From assembly GCF_009834535.1 (NCBI RefSeq), contig NC_045715.1, forward strand, positions 19,530,001 through 19,594,000: 64,000 bases of DNA, in the 5' to 3' direction. The position numbers and the translations under genes were made by a program. Each line of letters begins with the position of its first letter. Positions within the stretch are counted from its first letter, which is position 1. This DNA comes from Camelus ferus. Lineage: Eukaryota. The notes beneath the pieces were generated by a model. It had not been told where the DNA came from and did no database searches. It saw nothing but the letters and a program-made list of their open reading frames with translations. This document shows positions 25,805 through 37,911 of this stretch, one piece after another.

Positions 25805-26755
25805 TCAGTGGTGTTGCTGGCAGCCTTTAAATAACTTGCTCCCAAAGGTTTTTTTCAGTGCCAGCATCACCTCTTTATTCCTAAGAGTGTATATCAGTGG
25901 ATTCAGCACTGGGGTGACTGCACTGTATATGATGGCCACCATTCGGTCCTGAATCATGGAGGTGGCCGAGGCAGGACGAATGTACGTGAAGCCTACAGGT
26001 CCATAAAAAAGACATACCACCATGAAATGGGAGGCACACGTGGACAAAGCTTTGCGGAGTATTCTGCAGGACTTATTCTTGAACAGAAGGGAGCAAATAA
26101 TATAGAAGTAGGAGAGGAGAGTCAGGAAGAAGGCTCCCATTGAGATGCTGCCTGTGACAACAGAAAGAAGCCATTGGTTGAGCAGTGTGTTACCACAGGC
26201 CAGTTCCAAGAGGGGCTTGACATCACAAAAGAAGTGATTGAGCTTTTGAGAGTGGCAAAAGTTCAGGTGAGCTGTCATGATGGAATGCATCAGAGCGTTA
26301 AAGAAGCTGGTGATCCAGGCCACAGCTGCCAAGAGAATATACACCTGGGAGTTCATGATGACGGTGTAGCGAAGTGGGTTGCATATGGCAACGAAACGAT
26401 CAAAAGCCATGATAGCCAGTAGGATGGCCTCTGTGCTGCCCAGGAAGTGGAAAAAGTGTAGCTGTGTGATACAGCCTAGGAAGGATATGGCCCTGCGAGT
26501 GGAGAGGAGGTTTATAAGCACTTTGGGCAGTGTCACTGAAGAATAGCAGATATCCAGACAAGAAAGGTTTCCCAGGAAAAAATACATAGGGGAATGCAGT
26601 TTAGGTTCCAAAACAGCAATCACTAATATAGCTCCATTTCCAACCAAGTTTATCAAGTAAATGATTAAGAAAATCACAAAGAAGAGAGGTTGCAGCTTCT
26701 GAACACTGGTCAGGCCAAGTAAGAGAAACTCATTTACTGTAGTGACATTCTCCAT
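25805..26755 (-). CDS. OR12D3: Olfactory receptor 12D3 orthologue, intact, 316 aa
   Basis: Full ORF with LHSPMYFFL, MAFDRFVAIC, KALSTCASH and NPLIYTLRN. The C-terminal QQHH and the length match human OR12D3 as recalled. Confidence 0.93.
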   Translation of the reverse strand: MENVTTVNEFLLLGLTSVQKLQPLFFVIFLIIYLINLVGNGAILVIAVLEPKLHSPMYFFLGNLSCLDICYSSVTLPKVLINLLSTRRAISFLGCITQLHFFHFLGSTEAILLAIMAFDRFVAICNPLRYTVIMNSQVYILLAAVAWITSFFNALMHSIMTAHLNFCHSQKLNHFFCDVKPLLELACGNTLLNQWLLSVVTGSISMGAFFLTLLSYFYIICSLLFKNKSCRILRKALSTCASHFMVVCLFYGPVGFTYIRPASATSMIQDRMVAIIYSAVTPVLNPLIYTLRNKEVMLALKKTFGSKLFKGCQQHH

Positions 26756-27879
26756 TGCTTTGGGGAGAAAATGCGATGATAATGATGAGTTGATTTTTCT
26801 GAATTGTTACTTTTACATTGTGTGGGTTAAGTGAAGCAAGTTTACTATTTGGAAGAGTCTAAGGGTGAGCTACAACATGAAGAATATTTAGGGGTAATTT
26901 AGGAGCTAAATTTACTTACAAGAAAATGGAGGAAGACTGACACAGTACCTGATAAATTCTAAAGCAGTAAAAACACCTTAGACTAATAAAAGGAGCATAT
27001 TATGAATAAATCAGACATAGATCAAGGACACTTTTACAAAGTATAAATGTAAAGCATGATCATAATCTTACTTATGGCATTAGAATTACAGCTTAGACAA
27101 ATTTAAAACATACAAAGGGAATAGCTGGTTGTTCAGCTCACGAGTCAGTTCTGACAGTAACACAGATGTAGCCTAGTGAGGATTTCCCCTTTCCCCTAAG
27201 ATGCATAAAAGCTTCAGGAAGTTAGCACATCCCATGTAAAAACCTAAACCTTCAGTACAACTAAGAAACACAAAACCCAGAAACTTCAAATATTGTGTAA
27301 GTAGAGGGAATAAAAACAGCATAGAGAGTTACTCAGTTTTTCTCTCAGATCTCTCCCCTATATACATGTTATTAAACTTTTGTTTGATTTTATCCTGTTT
27401 AAAGAAAAAACAGCATAATTAGCATCAGTAGTCACAAGATCGCAGCATGGTGGTGGAGCTGTAGGCGCAGTGGAGAAAAACTTGAAATGGTGAGAAATCC
27501 TAACAGGAGAATTTTTAAAGCACTCCAAAATTTTCAGCCCCAGAAAAAAGGGCCCCACATTCAGTGGGAATTTCTACACTTGGGAGTGGAGGGAGGAATT
27601 AGAACAAGACAAGGCATAAGCATTGAGGGAAATAGAAAGAAAAAGGCATAATAAATGCAGGAAGAACAAAGAAAGCCTGCCATTTGTCAAAGAGAATAAT
27701 TGCCGCCTTACTAACAGAAGAGGGAGCCCTTGAACTGAGAAACTGCAAAAAGTACCTGCTATACTTCCCTCCCCACACCCCACATACACACAGCAAGTCC
27801 CCACTAATAACTGGCCCAGAATGTCATAGTCCAATGTAAGTTCCCAGTAAAATAGCTTTAGGAGTGGACAGAAATAATG

Positions 27880-29330
27880 ATGAAATAGTCAAATTCACAG
27901 TCATAATAGAAAATTTTAACACAGCTGTCTCTATGCCTTTAGAAGGAAAAACCAAAAAAGGTTAGTAAGAATATAACCAATTTGTTATAGGTTAAAGGTT
28001 AGTAAGAATATAAACCAAATTTACCAATTTGATTAACGTATATAAACATTTAACCCAATAAGAAAAGAATTCACACCTACAAAAAAGAGAAAACACAAAC
28101 TAAGAGAATATATCACTACACTAAAATATACACTGAAGGAAGTTCTTTAGTCAGTAGGAAAAGATGCTAGGCGGAAGAAATGCAGAAAGAAACGAAGATC
28201 ACCAGAATAGGTATGTGTCTGTGTACATATAAGGAAAAACTGACTTTACAAAGATAAAAAATGACTATACAAGGCAGTAATGATTATGATTCGTGGATGT
28301 TAAGACTATGTAGAATAGAATGCATCAATAGAAAAAAGAAAAGAATTCATATTATTTTCAGTGCACCTTGAATATTTATAGAATCAAGCATAGGTTGAGT
28401 CTTTAAAAAAAAAAAGCTTCAAAAATTTCTAAAGATTGAGCCATTCAAAGAATTTTCTTTGACTATGGAAGAATGGGAAAACAGTAAGAAAAAGATATCT
28501 AGAAACTCACTAAATGCTTGAAATGGATAAAAGAAGAAATCCAAATAGATATTTAAAAGTATTTTAACAGAGTGATAATGAAGATGAGTCATATCAAAAC
28601 TTTTATTATGCAGCTAAAGAAAGAAACAGGGAAAATTTTGGCCTTGAATTCATATGTTAAAGAAGAAGAAATATTGAAAATCAATATCCTAAAGTTTCAT
28701 TTCAAGGAGCTGAATGAATGAATGAATGAATGAATGAATAAAACCAGCAACTCAGCCTAAAGAGAGTAAAGGAAATAATGAAAAAATAAAATAAAATGAA
28801 AGTCCAATAGGGAGAAGTCAATAAAGTCAATACTTAATTATTATTTGAAAAGATTGGTGAAATTGACAAACTCCAGCAAGACTGTTAAAGAGAAAGAATT
28901 CAAATGATCAATTTGAAATGTAGTGTCACTATAGATAATATCAATGCCAAAAATTATAAGAGATCATTAGGAATAACTTTATGCTGATGAATTTAACAAT
29001 TTAGATGAAATTTACAAATTACTTCGAATCAAAAGTAAATTACTAAAACTGACAGTAAAAGAAAAAAATTTGAATAGTTTATCAATATAGGAAACTGGAG
29101 CTACTATTAAAAATCTTCCCGCAGAATGAAATACCAAATCCAAATTTCATCCATGAATTCTACCAAATAATTAAGCAAGAAATATTAGCAACTTAGACCA
29201 ATTCTTCTAAAGAAGGAAAAGGAGAATACTTTTCAACTTCTTTTTTAAGGCTACCAATACTTGAGAAAGGACTTAACAGAAAGGAATACTGAAGAACCAT
29301 CTGTTTCATGAATATAGATGCAAAATCTAT
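27880..29330 (+). mobile_element. Old, highly decayed L1 ORF2 5' region
   Basis: A-rich L1-like text (attgacaaactc, gatgaatttaacaatttagatgaa, gaattctaccaaat, aatatagatgcaaaat). Confidence 0.65.
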
Positions 29331-29349
29331 TTCTTACTGTCTTCTATGT

Positions 29350-29930
29350 GATTCTGTTTGTGCCAAGCATCATCATCACTCATTTGGATTATTGGAATGA
29401 TCTTATTTCCACTCTTGACCAGCCCACTATTCTCAAGACAGCATCCAGGATTATTCTGTTAAATATAAGCCTAATGCTTTAGGCTTCCACTTCCACTCTA
29501 CTCCTTGATCACTCAGCCACCCTGACCTCTATGCTGTTCCTATAACACACTAATCACTCACATCTCGAGATCTGTGCACCAGCTTTCCACTTGTATGAAG
29601 CAATTTTACAGTTGATACATTCACACGACAGATTCCCACATCCCTTTCAGGTCTTTGCCCTAAAGCTCCCCTCCCAGTGTGGATTTCTCGAATCGCCCTA
29701 TGTTAAATTGCAAACAAACAAACAAAGAAAAACCATACTCTGCTACCATTTCTTGCTATGTTGTTATTAATGGCACTTATCTTAATCTGGTGTATTGGAT
29801 TTTGTTATACATACTGTCTTTCGTCTTCAGCTTACAGTCTCAAAAAAAAAAAAAAAACCCAAATTATTGTCTATTTTATTCATTAACGCAACCCAGCACC
29901 TAAAACAGTGTGTGAAACATTTTTTATGCT
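29350..29930 (+). mobile_element. L2 fragment
   Basis: ctcagccaccctgacctc, ctgtgcaccagc...cttg, cccagcacctaaaacagtg. Confidence 0.55.
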
Positions 29931-31149
29931 CTCTGTATTTGCTGAACTAACTAATGGATTGTGATTACCTGTTAAATGTTTGTCAACTACACAAACTCCC
30001 CTCAAGAGGTCAGATTTGTTCTTTTTTAAGCATTCTAACCTATAGTCTATCCACAATATTCCCCAGAATGTGATGCTATAGTCACAAAATACTCCTCCAC
30101 TTTATCAGAGGACATGACAATACAGAAAGTGAGCAATGAGTATTTGTGTTTAAGTAAGCAGTTTTAGCCACATAAGGCCAGTTGTTGTAGCAATGCATTT
30201 TTGTCATGGACTGCTCTCAAAGACACTAGTGATTCTTATGATTAATTACTGTCAATAGACAGTATTTAAAATTTAAGTAATTATATAATTGGTGAAAGAA
30301 CACACAAGTCTAGGAGCTGCATTCCCCAGATATGGATACAGAAGAAATATTCTAAATAGAATTGTTGGTAGTGGGTGAAAAGAGGGTTAATCTCAGGAAT
30401 CAGAAATGTAACAGAAGGACATTCTAACCAATGCCTACATCAGAGATTTGGGATGTACTCCTGTGAAAATACATAAGTAAATGCTTTATACTACAATTCT
30501 GAAAACTATTTTTTTCTGGATAATAGCACCATCCCTCTTCCACCAAAAATAATACTATTGCAAAGCGATGTAATTATATAACACTAGGTGCAATCTAACA
30601 TGTTTAACACTAGGACTAGAGCCTACCATTTTTATGATTACTAATTTTGCAATATATTAAGATATTACTCACCTAAGTTTTTCTCTCTCCTTGTCTTTCT
30701 TCTCTTTATATTTTCTATATCTTTTTATAACACACACACACACACAACAAAACAGATATAGGCACTCAGACATTTAATTAAAACATATACCTATACTTGA
30801 TCACAATGGGAGTCTACCCAGAAACAAACAATAAAAAAAAGTAAAAATGTACACACAGATGTATACACAAATAGATTAAGAAATTCAAAGCTTTACTAGC
30901 TAATGACTTGTATCATGAGCCCACCTGTTGTTTCACTCTGTAATTTTCACAGCCTAGATTCAAAGAGGTTCCCCAGTTACTCTCACTCACTCTTTCCAGT
31001 GATCTTAACCAATTTTCATCAGAAAATTCTTCCCCTAATCTAAGCTCACTTTTTCCTATTTACTCTCAGCAAATTTGCCCTGTACTTCCTTCTTTACATA
31101 CTTTATAATAAAATAAACTTTGGGCTCAAAAATGATATCCAGAAATCAG

Positions 31150-31400
31150 AGATCATGTGTGTTCACTGTCTCCTTAAATAAGATTATCTGAGATAATTCT
31201 AGTTGTTCAAAACTTCTTACACTCATTTTATTGCAAACAGCTTATATCTACATGTAAGATTGAATCTCAGCAAATCCATCTCTTATTATGTTCAGAGAAC
31301 AAACAGACTAAATCCTGTATAAACCTCCCCAGTGGCATGTTGGGCATTAATGTCTTGGGATTTTCTCTCCAAAGACTTATTCTCTCCCTATTTCTTTTCT
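31150..31400 (-). promoter_or_regulatory. Candidate OR12D3 promoter module
   Basis: Homologous to 20830-21070 (gcat.aatgtcttgggat.ttt...aaag..ttattct), with O/E-like and TAAT motifs. Confidence 0.5.
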
Positions 31401-31999
31401 CATAAGTTATCAACTCATACCTGACAGACAGACAGGTTCAGAGGCAGAGTTACAGACACAGCTGGCAGGGACACACGTACGCATACATACGCAGACACAT
31501 TTGATGTTTACACAACTTCTTTTCAACAAGTATATCTGTCTTCCATAGTTTAAGAGAAAGAAATCCTGATTTTTACTCTTGTCCTCTCTGCTTTCTCCTC
31601 CACATAGAGGGAAAGATCGCATTTGTCAGAGTCCCTGCGGACAAAGCTGTGCTGCCTGCCTCCTCCCTTCCTCTCTCCTCTTTCTGCGTGCTGAACGTAA
31701 TGTCTGATTTCAGGAGTATTACAGAAAAACCAGGACAGAGGCCACAGCCTAATTTTATCCACTGACAGACACTCATAGTCCCATAACCAAAAGATCAAGC
31801 TGTTGCAATTTCCCGGAAATGCCAACTCTAGTCTTAAACAAATGTGGTGTTTCTGCAGCTCCTAGTCCCAGGCTGCCCACACGTGAGCATGTGCGAGGAA
31901 CACTTGTGTGTTTCTAGTGACCAGCCGTGAGAGAAAGCCAGGGTCCCTCATTTGGATTTACAACCGGAGCTGGGACTGCTGAGAGCACACTTTTTTTTT

Positions 32000-32230
32000 T
32001 TGTTTTGTTCAGTTTTTTAGTAATTGAAGCATAGTCAGTTTACAATGTTGTGTCAATTTCTGGTGTATAGCATAGTGTTTCAGTCATATATATACATGCA
32101 TGTATTCATTTCCATATTCTTTTTCATTATAGGTTACCGCAAGCTATTGAACATAGTTCCCTGTGCTATGCAGAAGAAACTTGTCATTTATCTATTTTAT
32201 ATATAGTAGTTAGTATCTGCAAATCTTGCA
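32000..32230 (-). mobile_element. Cetartiodactyl-type L1 3' tip
   Basis: gtttacaatgttgtgtcaatttctggtgtatagcatag...gttccctgtgctatgcagaagaaacttg. Confidence 0.88.
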
Positions 32231-34139
32231 TACTTCTTGGAAGTCTCTCTGTCTGCAGACGGGTGGTTTCTCACTCAACAGAACATTCCCATCAGGAGAC
32301 ATTCACATCTGACTTTTCTGACAAGGGTCCTGGACATGTGACCTTGGACCCTGGGCTCTGTTTCTGACCACGTTCTTATCCCATCTCAGGAGTAGCTGGT
32401 CTTGGGGGCCTGACCTGGGGGGTGTGTGTTGAGGGCTCACATGACGTTAACTCACAGGATTAAAGTTAATTCACACAAAACATGAATGTAAGTGTGTGCA
32501 GAGGATCTGTGTCCTGACCTACATGTAACAGTGTTTGGTGTTTTGTGTTTTGACCATAATCTTGAGACCATCGTCCTGTAGATGCCCAACTCATCTCAAA
32601 GGCACAGATTTGAGAACCTCCTGACATGCAATAACCATGGAAACAACCTCAGCACCAGTCTGAGACCTCTCCTGGAATATGAATGACTGTCTTATGCTAA
32701 AACTATGGGGTTTTGCTTATTTTGAGCCATAAAATTTTATAATGTCCAAATGAGGTATGTAGGTGGTAAACCATTAAACATTTAAGTCATTACTCCATAA
32801 ATTTTACATACTGATTACTCTTAGCTCACCTCTAAAAATCAGTCACTATAAACTGAAGAACAATATTTTAAAAATTAGTAAATTAAACTCCACACAGAAA
32901 TAAAAAACAAGACCATTTTTATTATTATTTTTATAAAAATGTAACCCCATAAGACTACAGTTGACAGTAGACGTCTGCGCCCTAAAACGCGCACACAAAT
33001 ATGTACAGGGGAACATTGTCATGTAGAAATATCACTTGTACTTTTTCTACTAAAAGTTCTTTTGTCACGTCAGCATGAATGCCTCCACTTCTCCAATCTT
33101 CATTTGAAATCAACAACAAAAATGTCCCTCTTTCTCCAGTGCATAAAAAACCTTAGAGGATAACTTTTACCCCAGATTTAGTTTATCACAATCCTTCACA
33201 GCCCTGGGAAGTGGAAGAGGGTGGAGCCCCAGGACTCCCGGGGCAGTGGGTGACAGGGGGCTGTGTCCCGAGGTGACACCCAGTGCGGGGCTGCAGGGAC
33301 CCAGGTCCCCAGGTCCCCAGGATCTCAGCTAGCAATGGGTCTGGGCTCTCAGATACGAATCGAGCTTTTTATTAAATGTGTGTTTTCCTGATTTTCTTTG
33401 AAGAAATGAACACAAAACTCCCTTGGAGGGAAATAACACCAGCTCTTCTGTTTTGGGGAGAGAAGAGTGTGGAGCCAGTTAATCTATTTTTCATTGTTTT
33501 TTGTTTTACCAAATCTTACTTTAATTTAAAATCAATTCATAGAATGTTGGAAGGTGTAGTGTTCAAGAAAAGAGCGAGTAGACAAATGGTGTTTTAAGTA
33601 CAGATGTGCTCAGCCCTCCACTGAAGTGCTATTTAAAGAGGAACAACCCCTGAGTGGGCTGTTCCAGAAGGATGTGCTGCTTCAGAAACAAAGTTTATCT
33701 TCACATCATACTTTGTACTAAGTCTCTAGTGATAAAACATTTCAACTAAATAATTTAGTGATACTGTGTTTCGGACTTAATATTTTTTCCTCCAGATGAG
33801 TTTCAAGGAGGCCAATTTCTCTGCCAAAATTGAAATCAACAATTTTTTGCTAACATATTAAAGTAAATTTTAAAAATCAAATAACACTAATGGCTTACAC
33901 TGCAGAACATGGTACCCTGGTAGACACCACTCAACCCACATCCTTGGACAGTTGATTCAATGCCTCTGCTCAGAGGCCCCCCTGCAGAATGAGCAGGTTA
34001 ATGCAGGTAAAGGCTCAGAGGTTTTCTGGCCCTGGTGAGTCCGCACTGAATCTGAGCACCCTACCTCTGCCCTCCGCAGAGCACCTAACTACTCTCTCTG
34101 GCTCCCTAGGACCCACCTTCACATTTCCACGACTGGGTC

Positions 34140-34720
34140 TTTTTACATGTTCTTCACAGCTTTATGGAGATATAATTCACAAACCATACAATTTGTCCAT
34201 TTTAAGTGTACAATTCAATAGGTTTTAGTACATTTGCACCACAGGTCAATTTTAGAACATCTTCATCACTTCTAGAAGAAACCGGAGGACTTTAGCTGTG
34301 ACCTCCTGACCCCCTTTCCCTCGGCCCCAGTCAAACAATAATCGACTTTCCATCTCTTCAGATTCCCTGCTCTGGACACTTGGTGTGAATGGATCACACA
34401 TATGTGGCCTTCTGTGCGTGCTTCTCTCACCGAGTGCCGTGGTGTCAGTGTTCATCCACCTAGAAGCTTTTTCAGTGTTTGGTCCTCTCTTATGGTTGAG
34501 CAGTGTTCTGCTATGGGGGCGGACATCACCTGCACCCTCTCACGCTCTGATGGCCATTTGGGTTGTTTCTGCCTCCTGGCTCTTGTGAATTTGCTGCTGT
34601 GAACATTGGATGCCAGCCCTTGTGGGGACACGGCTTCCTTTCTCCTAGGACTGGAAATCCTGGGTCCTTGGTGACTTTGTGTTTAACCTTTGGAGGAACT
34701 GACAGGCATTTTGCAAAGTG
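34140..34720 (-). mobile_element. L1MB-like 3' fragment, unusually CpG-rich
   Basis: agctttatggagatataattcac...ccattttaagtgtacaattca...gatggccatttgggttgtttc...gctgtgaacatt. Confidence 0.8.
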
Positions 34721-35569
34721 GCAGCTGTTGCTGATCTTCCTGTGCCATCACATCAACATCACACCGTCATCATTAGGGTCAGTGAGCACATTCTCTGAGC
34801 TATAAATAGCACCAAATCCAACCAACTCTGATTAAAACAGAAAATGTCTTTGCTCGTAATGCCCAGAAGTCTGCAGATAGTGTGTCTACCCTCCCAGATA
34901 TCCTGAGAGCCAGGACTTTATCCCTCACAATATGGTCATTGTGATAAGAAAATGGCTGCCAGGGCACCAGACAACATGACCACCTCCAAAGACCAGGAGA
35001 ACATGTATGGCCAGATGGCAAACTCCCTTTTCCTGTTCCTGGCACTTCCAAGAGACAGATACAGCTTTCCTAGGACCAGGAGTCTGTTTCCCGGTGGGAT
35101 TCACTTTAGATAAAGGGGAAGAGGACAGCCCACAGGGGTCCCAGGGACATCAGCGGTTGGGGGCCTCTTTCCATTTCTCTAGCAGGACTCACAGGTGAGA
35201 AGTGGGGGTGGGGGTCCCTGGGGGAAGTTGGATGAAGCCACCCCTATAAACAGATGGGGAAGAGACCCGTGGGAACATTCTCTGGCCAGGTTTGAGAAGA
35301 GACTGGTGCTCGCAGTCCAGGGCTGAAGCCAACACAGGAGACCTCCCACTGGGCCCCAGGATATTGGGGAGATGTCTCCATCCCTATTCATAAGTCAGAA
35401 AAGGCCAGTTCTGAAATTCCTAAATTTGATGAAGCTCAGTGACTTTCCGCTGTGACCATTTTCCTGGGTCATTCCAAATTCTTAGCAGAAGTCCATGGTT
35501 CTGAAACAAAGAAGAATATTAAAGAAAGAAAATAGGAAAAATAAAAAAAAAAGTGAATCTCAAGATAGG

Positions 35570-35860
35570 AATTTCCCAAGGAGAATTCTCTTGATTGCAG
35601 TCATAGAAAGGCATCTTGTTTACTCTTACAATAACCCTCTCAAACCCAGGGGACACTCAGGGTTTGAATGTCTAGAGATCTGTGGATCATAAAAGACAGG
35701 CAGAATTTCAGAAAGAAGAGATTTTGGATGATGAAGAGCTTGTGCTTCAATCCCAAGGTGGTATGTCACTTCAAATATTTTTCTACTATTTATTTTTCAG
35801 GAGTGTAAACTGGAAAAGCTTTCCTAGCTGGGAATTTGAACACTCAATCAGGTATGAGAA
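35570..35860 (+). promoter_or_regulatory. Candidate OR12D2 promoter and 5' non-coding exon
   Basis: O/E-like TCCCAAGGAG (35574-35583) and ACCCAGGGGA (35644-35653). Donors GTATGT at 35761 and GTATGA at 35852, acceptor at 35800, and a final acceptor 2 nt before the ATG (36981-36982). A perfect ATCCCAAGGGAT lies at 36370-36381. Confidence 0.45.
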
Positions 35861-36984
35861 TGAAACAAGAGACAGGCAGGGGAGTTACCCATATTGTCTG
35901 TCTTCTTGCTAGAATTAAAGTTAAATGCCCAGGATTTAGAGCTGGTTTCCTATCTTATGATGGACTCCTCGCTGTGCTTGTGGATTAGGAAGGCTCTTTA
36001 CTGCCTACATTTTTATTGCTGTATCTCTAGATATTCTCCAGAGTAAATATGCATCTGTAACTATTCAGGATGCAGTGAAGTAAATCATCTAATACAGAAA
36101 GTCTGATTGCTATTTTCTTTAAATGTTAGGGAAACAGGTTTTTTCCCCTGCTGAATTTTTTAAATGATTTTGTTTTATGGGTCAGAGAACCAAAAATGAG
36201 GTCTGGCATATGATTTGTATCTTAAACAAGAGTGATAAATTGTTAACAATATACAAAATAGACATGGCTGTCAAAGAAACCTACTCTGAATTTCTAGAAG
36301 CCATCCTTTCACAGACATGTAATAAATGAAGACAATCTCTCAAATTTTTCTCAAGCTAGAAAGCCCAGAATCCCAAGGGATCCCCTGAAATGTTCCCTAG
36401 TTAATTCACTTTTTTATTCTAGTCACATCAAATCTTTTTCTTCTCCTTTCAGGGATTTTCCAAACTTTGAATAATTTCCTTTTTATAACAAATTCTACAG
36501 TGTCTGCATCTCTATTCAGGTTTGTTTATAGCTCTTATTAGTCTCTCACTTTCTATTTTCCTTAAGCAAAAACCCTTCAGGTGGTCTCTTACTAGGTCAG
36601 GAGGTAGCAGTGTGGTGGAGTACTTGGTTATGTACTCCCTGGGTTAGAGCTGAATTAGGACCATAAAAAGCAGGTCATATCATAATGTGGTTCACAGACA
36701 GAGAAGATGGTAGGCTGGAAACATGTACTGAATCCCTGGGAGAAAGAAAAATATTCATGATAAATTTATTTTAAAAAGGGACTGCATAATAGTCCATCAC
36801 CAACATGTAACCTTAATAATTTATAAGCTAATGATCCAAATACTGTACAATGGTTAGAGCTGAGACTATTTAACACAACAATGCTCTCCCTCAAACTACT
36901 GTTGTCTAGGTGGGAGCATCTCAGCTGGTGGACTCTGGTTCCCATTGGAGAGAGCTTTCCATATATTATTTTGTCTTTTAAGCG

Positions 36985-37911
36985 ATGCTGAATCAAACAA
37001 CAGTCACTGAATTTCTCCTCCTGGGAGTCACAGACATCCAAGTATTGCAGCCTTTTCTCTTTGCAGTTTTCCTTGCCATTTACTCTGTTACTGTGGCTGG
37101 GAATGGAGCCATCCTGATGATGGTTATTTCTGATCCAAGACTCCATTCTCCTATGTATTTCTTCCTGGGAAACCTGTCATGTCTGGATATCTGCTACTCC
37201 ACGGTGACACTGCCAAAGATGCTGGAGAACTTCCTCTNNNNNNNNNNNNNNNNNNNNNNNNNNNNNNNNNNNNNNNNNNNNNNNNNNNNNNNNNNNNNNN
37301 NNNNNNNNNNNNNNNNNNNNNNNNNNNNNNNNNNNNNNNNNNNNNNNNNNNNNNNNNNNNNNNNNNNNNGTTACACTCTAATCATGAATCACCAGGTCTG
37401 TACCCAGATGGCTCTCACTGTCTGGATCATTGGCTTTTCCCACGCCCTGATGCACTCCATAATGACCTCTCGCTTGAACTTCCGTGCTTCCAACCAGATC
37501 CATCACTTCTTCTGTGATGTTAAGCCATTGCTGGAGTTGGCCTGTGGGAACACTGAGCTCAACCGGTGGCTGCTCAATACTGTCACAGGGACCTTGGGCA
37601 TGGCCCCATTCTTTCTAATACTTCTGTCCTATTTCTACATTATTGTCTATCTTTTCTTCAAGACCCATTCTTGCAGCATGCTTCATAAAGCTCTGTCCAC
37701 GTGTGCCTCCCACTTCACGGTGGTTGTTCTTTTCTATGTTCCTGTTGTCTTCACTTATATTCGTCCCGCCTCCAGTAGCTCCATGGACCAGGACCAGATC
37801 ATTGCCATCATGTACAGTGTGGTCACTCCTGTACTAAATCCACTGATCTATACTTTGAGAAACAAGGAAGTAAAGGGAGCCTTGAGGAGGGTGATCAGAA
37901 GGAGTCTCTGA
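36985..37911 (+). CDS. OR12D2: Olfactory receptor 12D2-like (OR12D1/D2 lineage), 308 aa; TM3 region hidden in an N run
   Basis: Starts MLNQTTVTEFLLLGVTDIQ, has [31 protein letters not shown] and ends RVIRRSL. The 132-N run (37238-37369) keeps the frame, but integrity inside it cannot be seen. D1 versus D2 assignment is tentative. Confidence 0.75.
   Translation: MLNQTTVTEFLLLGVTDIQVLQPFLFAVFLAIYSVTVAGNGAILMMVISDPRLHSPMYFFLGNLSCLDICYSTVTLPKMLENFLXXXXXXXXXXXXXXXXXXXXXXXXXXXXXXXXXXXXXXXXXXXXXYTLIMNHQVCTQMALTVWIIGFSHALMHSIMTSRLNFRASNQIHHFFCDVKPLLELACGNTELNRWLLNTVTGTLGMAPFFLILLSYFYIIVYLFFKTHSCSMLHKALSTCASHFTVVVLFYVPVVFTYIRPASSSSMDQDQIIAIMYSVVTPVLNPLIYTLRNKEVKGALRRVIRRSL

Noticed and set aside
13445-28018. 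Short local tandem duplications (about 13445-13478, 20322-20352, 27957-28018)
   Set aside because: Ordinary slippage duplications, with no array structure or spacer pattern.
31261-35561. tgaatctca at 31261 and about 35554 as a TSD around the GC-rich block
   Set aside because: Only 9 bp, and the left copy lies inside the OR12D paralogous module rather than at the composition boundary.
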